IMG/VR virus record: IMGVR_UViG_3300050506_000187 | Span: 1-64,000 of that record | Length of the DNA stretch: 64,000 nucleotides | Source of the DNA: a virus | Direction: 5' to 3' (one strand) | In this document: piece after piece, positions 61,301 to 64,000 of the stretch | Layout: each line of letters begins with the position of its first letter | Numbering within the stretch: the stretch's first letter is position 1 | Notes under the pieces: model-generated | What the model saw: only the letters and a program-made list of their open reading frames with translations | Database searches by the model: none | Told to the model about the DNA's origin: nothing | Position numbers and translations under genes: made by a program

Positions 61301-64000
61301 TTTCAATCTCAAACTTCCGGAAACGCCGCGAATTACCGGAAACCGATTTCCCGGCGCAGTCGTCGGCGCGGACATCAGCGCAGCGACGAAACCCGGTCGA
61401 GTTGAGTTACCGGTTCGGCCTCGGGGGGAATTTACCGGCAAAAAAGCGGAGGCTCTCGGTATCGAAGGTAGGCCAATCGAAGAAGTAAATCCATTTAGAA
61501 ATGAGTTAGAGCGCGCCGGAGCCGCGACCGGAGTCGGACTTCCGTCGATGATTGAGGCGATTCAGAAATTAGACTTGAATCATATCAAAGAGGTTCAAGT
61601 TGCGCCTGAATTGCCGGATTTTAGAGCAAATTCGCTTACTTTACGTGCCGGATTCCAGCCGGATTTTAACCCGGATGAAAAGCCGGAGGCGATTAAGTCG
61701 GCAGCGATTCGAGACGAGAATGGAAAAATTTACGCCGCCGATAACCATATCCAAGCGGCATTCGATGCGTTGCAAGAGCGTAATCCGAACGCCAAGGCGC
61801 GCAATTTGCTCGACGCTTGGAATTCTCATCATGGATGGGAAGAAGGTTTCGTTACCAATAACGGAGAATTTCTTAATCGAGCCGCGTCTCTCAAACGGGC
61901 GACCGATCTCGGACAGTTTAAACCGGCCCCCGGACAGACCAGTCTTGAATCAACTAGGTTTAACGAACAACGAGAACAACGTTTGTCAGGTCAATTTTCT
62001 CCTGCGGAAAATATTCAGTCTTTGACGACAATGCCGGATGAGGAGTGGCGGAAACTGAAAGATTATTCTGGGAAATTAGGCGGCGGAGTTTCCGGGTGGG
62101 CATTCGATCAAGGAGCAGCAGCGAAAACCCCCGAAGATTTGGCGGCATTTCGATCCGCGTATGAAACTCTGGGCTCCATGGGCCGCGAGGCGATGAAGAA
62201 TAAAGATTTCAATGCCGCCTCTAATCTTTTTACTAAGTCCCAGCTTGCTCGCGAGGCATACGAAGTTGCGACCGGAGAGCGTATTGACGGCGGTGAAGGA
62301 GAACCGGGAAGCCCACGGCTATTGCGTCAAGAAAATCCAGATTTTGTTCCTCCGTTGGCAAAAGAGTCTGTTACCGGACGATTTCAACCGAAAGGCAATA
62401 AAGAAGAATGGACGCTCCGCCCCGCTTCTTCCGGATTCAGTAAGGCATGGATTCTGCCGAACGGAAAACCGGTTCAACTCGGAGGCCAATGGCATCACGA
62501 ATGGTTAGCGGAAAATCCTGACATCCGGAAAGAATACGGAATCAAAAAAGCCAGCCCCACGGAGGACAATTCCCGGGTCGACGCTCTGAAAAAAGGATTC
62601 GCACGAATTAATTATGACGCTCGAACCGGCGCGTTGACAGTCGAAGCCCGGCAGCAAGACCTCGACGACTTGCGCCCGAGTATTGCGAAATTTATCGAAT
62701 CGAATCTTGGCAAGGTTGACAAAGTTCAGTTTTACCTGTTCAATAAGGATGTGAATTTTGTTGAAGATTCTGGAAGCGCAACTTTGTTTGACAAGCCCAA
62801 ATCGGAGCGAATGGGAGCCATTCCCTTTATTTCCGCGCCGGGGGAGATTACCGAAGTTAGCCCACAGGCAACCGCCGGGGCGCTCAGTGAGCAAGCCGCG
62901 CCGGGTGCCGTGCCGAAACGCGGAAAAATTTCGGGCCAATTTCAGCCATATACTCCCCAAACCCAATCCGGGAAAGATTTGGAGAAACGAGGATTCGAAT
63001 TGAGCCGGAAAGATTATACTACAGAGCTTCGGAATGGAGAGATTCGGACTGACGAAATTCATTTTCAGGTCTACAAAGGAAACGAAAAGATTGCCGCGAT
63101 TGACTTTTCCATTGGGCCGACTTCGGCCAACGTCGAGCGGGTCCACGTCATTCCCCAATACCAAAAAAAGGGAATCGCGGAAACCCTATATCGAGAGATG
63201 GCGACTGAACTACAAGGTCTCGGAATTAAATCAGTCACGGGCTCAACGGTCCACGCGGCACCGGAGAAGATCAGAAATAAACTCTTCGGAACAGAAATCC
63301 CGTTTCGCGAATCAGACGACACGACCCCGGAGGGAGAACATTTTTTTCCGATGTCAGTGGATTCGAAAATCTCTCCGTCGGCAAAGTTTCAGCCGTTTGA
63401 ATCAAAGGATTTCGAATCCGAGTTGTCCAAAATTCGTTCCGGTAAATCCGGCGGTCAGACCTTTGCGCCGGACGGCACCGTCTGGGTTCCCGCAGACACC
63501 AAATCCGACATCGTAAGCCTCGCGTCCGTCAATGTGCCGCAGGGCGACTTAACGCCGGAGAATTTCCGCACCGCGATTGCGCCATATGAAGATTTACTCT
63601 CCGAGCCCGGCATCGTTGCCGGTGCGTATTCGTTTTCGAAAGACGGAAAACCGACAGTGTCAATTGATATTAACGCCGTCGTGCCGCAAAAGTATCGGGA
63701 CAATACTTTGAAGTTTGCCAAGGATAATGACCAGCGCGCAATCTTCGATATGGATAAGCTTTCCGATGTTGCTTCCGGAGGCTCTGGAAACACGAAACTC
63801 AATTCGGCTGGGGAAATACTCGACGCTCTCGACAATCTTCGGCGCGGAAAACCGGTCGACGTCGACGACATTATTACACAGCATCGTCCTCCGGAGGAAT
63901 CGCCGACTGAGCAGGCATTACCCGGGTTCGGCAAACTCCCTCTCGGAACTAAACAGTTATCAGAGATGACAAAGGCCGAAGTTGCCAAGCATTATCCGGA
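58392..64000 (+). CDS. giant multidomain virion (polyvalent-type) protein, 3' end outside window
   Basis: Absent from the ORF track. I translated the frame by hand from the ATG at 58392 (in-frame TAG at 58386) and found no stop through 64000 (1,869 codons). HEALH motif at 60114-60128. GNAT-like VHVIPQYQKKGIAETLYREMATELQGLGI near 63150. Confidence 0.8.
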   Translation, partial: MPDAIQLTPAEVAAAQPVEPPAGTVQLTPEEVASAQPAALDVFKELSPEQLVELQKQSPEDFNIVNQFISRPDLHSDASIKQKVADAFDLASQTPLLDTLAPGNTVGERAVSALKTGGKGVLGIVKGAGKTAFNLAQAGATMTLAPLAPLVGTTVKDVQDQALRNLAEQGIAIEKGAQENIGLANAVAKTAARKVFPGTTPESRVSALDEEIAKRQQMAETLAGRGPIEQSLHTLAPQVFPAPTGEIAPGVSVRPENVEGLLDPASFALQTTAFGLPGKVIPGAAKAAIAEGAARVGQAAAAGVGRAITGAGVLSELGGKALKVASPIVKPIAATVGAVKGLEHGGPVGAIAGLALGERAGAASQAAAETIQKAGQSVADLGRQISGVKTITSPYAQLARDVIQSTPNAAVHTAAGAAYDLGLAAATSGEAPENRASLGIGTFLGAAGGALGVGTRALSGQLIGPREYGVGTRIPSSGNFPALDAMHNDAMKTAAPGIVARLNAIRSFANGAAPDTDVFLGTQDSTANALKSMGVNENTAAKFAEQKGFFTTDLIGKDGKPHRVVVVRDVDSAPHEALHAVQDVLGESANQRIDQIVAENYTPEERAAIGQQYARRISGPGDTRPWQDIVLDETGRGKDAEAEKGSPLTPAERAAEADKYILREIAAENFDSVFKHAQTGKPAVIEKLANIVGNVVTLLGGNPLEGRTSATQRIPLKPEVIEAVNEATKKGPKPIITPSGNGPEGAASTKAGAIPSTDAERTAAAADAARIASEAPGAPTVAGTASPRELLGAIAEAIAQRSGVKINYSSAPEEPAAATTSNRPVRRAMIEAFRQMPESARRLWEKNFFPEKVLKTKSGYQVQGWAPEIFASNAHKVGQFIVDVNRVQPGTIDSPYEIDPKTRSLSPAAWQQLYTDVQNFVSNQKAGKTGAGESLVIPKHLIEQGFTQPEKAGTGGAALEQRKADFINALFNLKLPETPRITGNRFPGAVVGADISAATKPGRVELPVRPRGEFTGKKAEALGIEGRPIEEVNPFRNELERAGAATGVGLPSMIEAIQKLDLNHIKEVQVAPELPDFRANSLTLRAGFQPDFNPDEKPEAIKSAAIRDENGKIYAADNHIQAAFDALQERNPNAKARNLLDAWNSHHGWEEGFVTNNGEFLNRAASLKRATDLGQFKPAPGQTSLESTRFNEQREQRLSGQFSPAENIQSLTTMPDEEWRKLKDYSGKLGGGVSGWAFDQGAAAKTPEDLAAFRSAYETLGSMGREAMKNKDFNAASNLFTKSQLAREAYEVATGERIDGGEGEPGSPRLLRQENPDFVPPLAKESVTGRFQPKGNKEEWTLRPASSGFSKAWILPNGKPVQLGGQWHHEWLAENPDIRKEYGIKKASPTEDNSRVDALKKGFARINYDARTGALTVEARQQDLDDLRPSIAKFIESNLGKVDKVQFYLFNKDVNFVEDSGSATLFDKPKSERMGAIPFISAPGEITEVSPQATAGALSEQAAPGAVPKRGKISGQFQPYTPQTQSGKDLEKRGFELSRKDYTTELRNGEIRTDEIHFQVYKGNEKIAAIDFSIGPTSANVERVHVIPQYQKKGIAETLYREMATELQGLGIKSVTGSTVHAAPEKIRNKLFGTEIPFRESDDTTPEGEHFFPMSVDSKISPSAKFQPFESKDFESELSKIRSGKSGGQTFAPDGTVWVPADTKSDIVSLASVNVPQGDLTPENFRTAIAPYEDLLSEPGIVAGAYSFSKDGKPTVSIDINAVVPQKYRDNTLKFAKDNDQRAIFDMDKLSDVASGGSGNTKLNSAGEILDALDNLRRGKPVDVDDIITQHRPPEESPTEQALPGFGKLPLGTKQLSEMTKAEVAKHYP

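Noticed and set aside
62505-63988. 219-aa and 177-aa minus-strand ORFs near the window end
   Set aside because: Both lie antisense inside the giant plus-strand frame, which stays open for 5.6 kb. They have no recognisable features.
58392-64000. Giant ORF as an N4-like virion RNA polymerase
   Set aside because: The idea is attractive because of the T7-like motif. However, I see none of the single-subunit polymerase motifs in the 1,869 visible residues. The question stays open only for the unseen C-terminal part.

Overview
The window reads as one contiguous piece of a tailed dsDNA phage with podovirus-like gene order. There is no rRNA, no CRISPR array and no cellular housekeeping context. Positions 1-19.5 kb form a leftward (minus-strand) early/replication arm. 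It holds a family A DNA polymerase, a SprT-like protease, a Cas4-like PD-(D/E)XK exonuclease, UvrD-like and SF2 helicases, nucleotide-pool enzymes and a five-copy array of small paralogous proteins. A 42-bp inverted repeat at 19.70-19.87 kb marks the divergence point. Beyond it almost everything is rightward, in this order: HNH endonuclease and GDP-mannose 4,6-dehydratase; an HAD-phosphatase/RNA-ligase pair; a fibre plus secreted-protease pair; an accessory cassette (secreted proteins, serine recombinase) bracketed by one canonical tRNA(CAU) and three aberrant tRNA-like elements; terminase, portal and scaffold; a five-gene sugar-nucleotide/glycosyltransferase island; the major capsid protein; fibres; and tail/internal proteins. 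The last gene is an ORF of more than 1,869 codons that is still open at position 64000, so it is absent from the supplied ORF track. Two promoter-like motif families are visible. One is a sigma70-like TTTTTCGTTAGCA-N17/18-TAnnnT family on the early arm. The other is CCTGACTATTAGGGGA, placed immediately 5' of nine rightward gene starts. Many genes are translationally coupled through ATGA/GTGA overlaps. All product calls rest on motifs read by eye in the translations; nothing was searched against a database, and start codons are best guesses.
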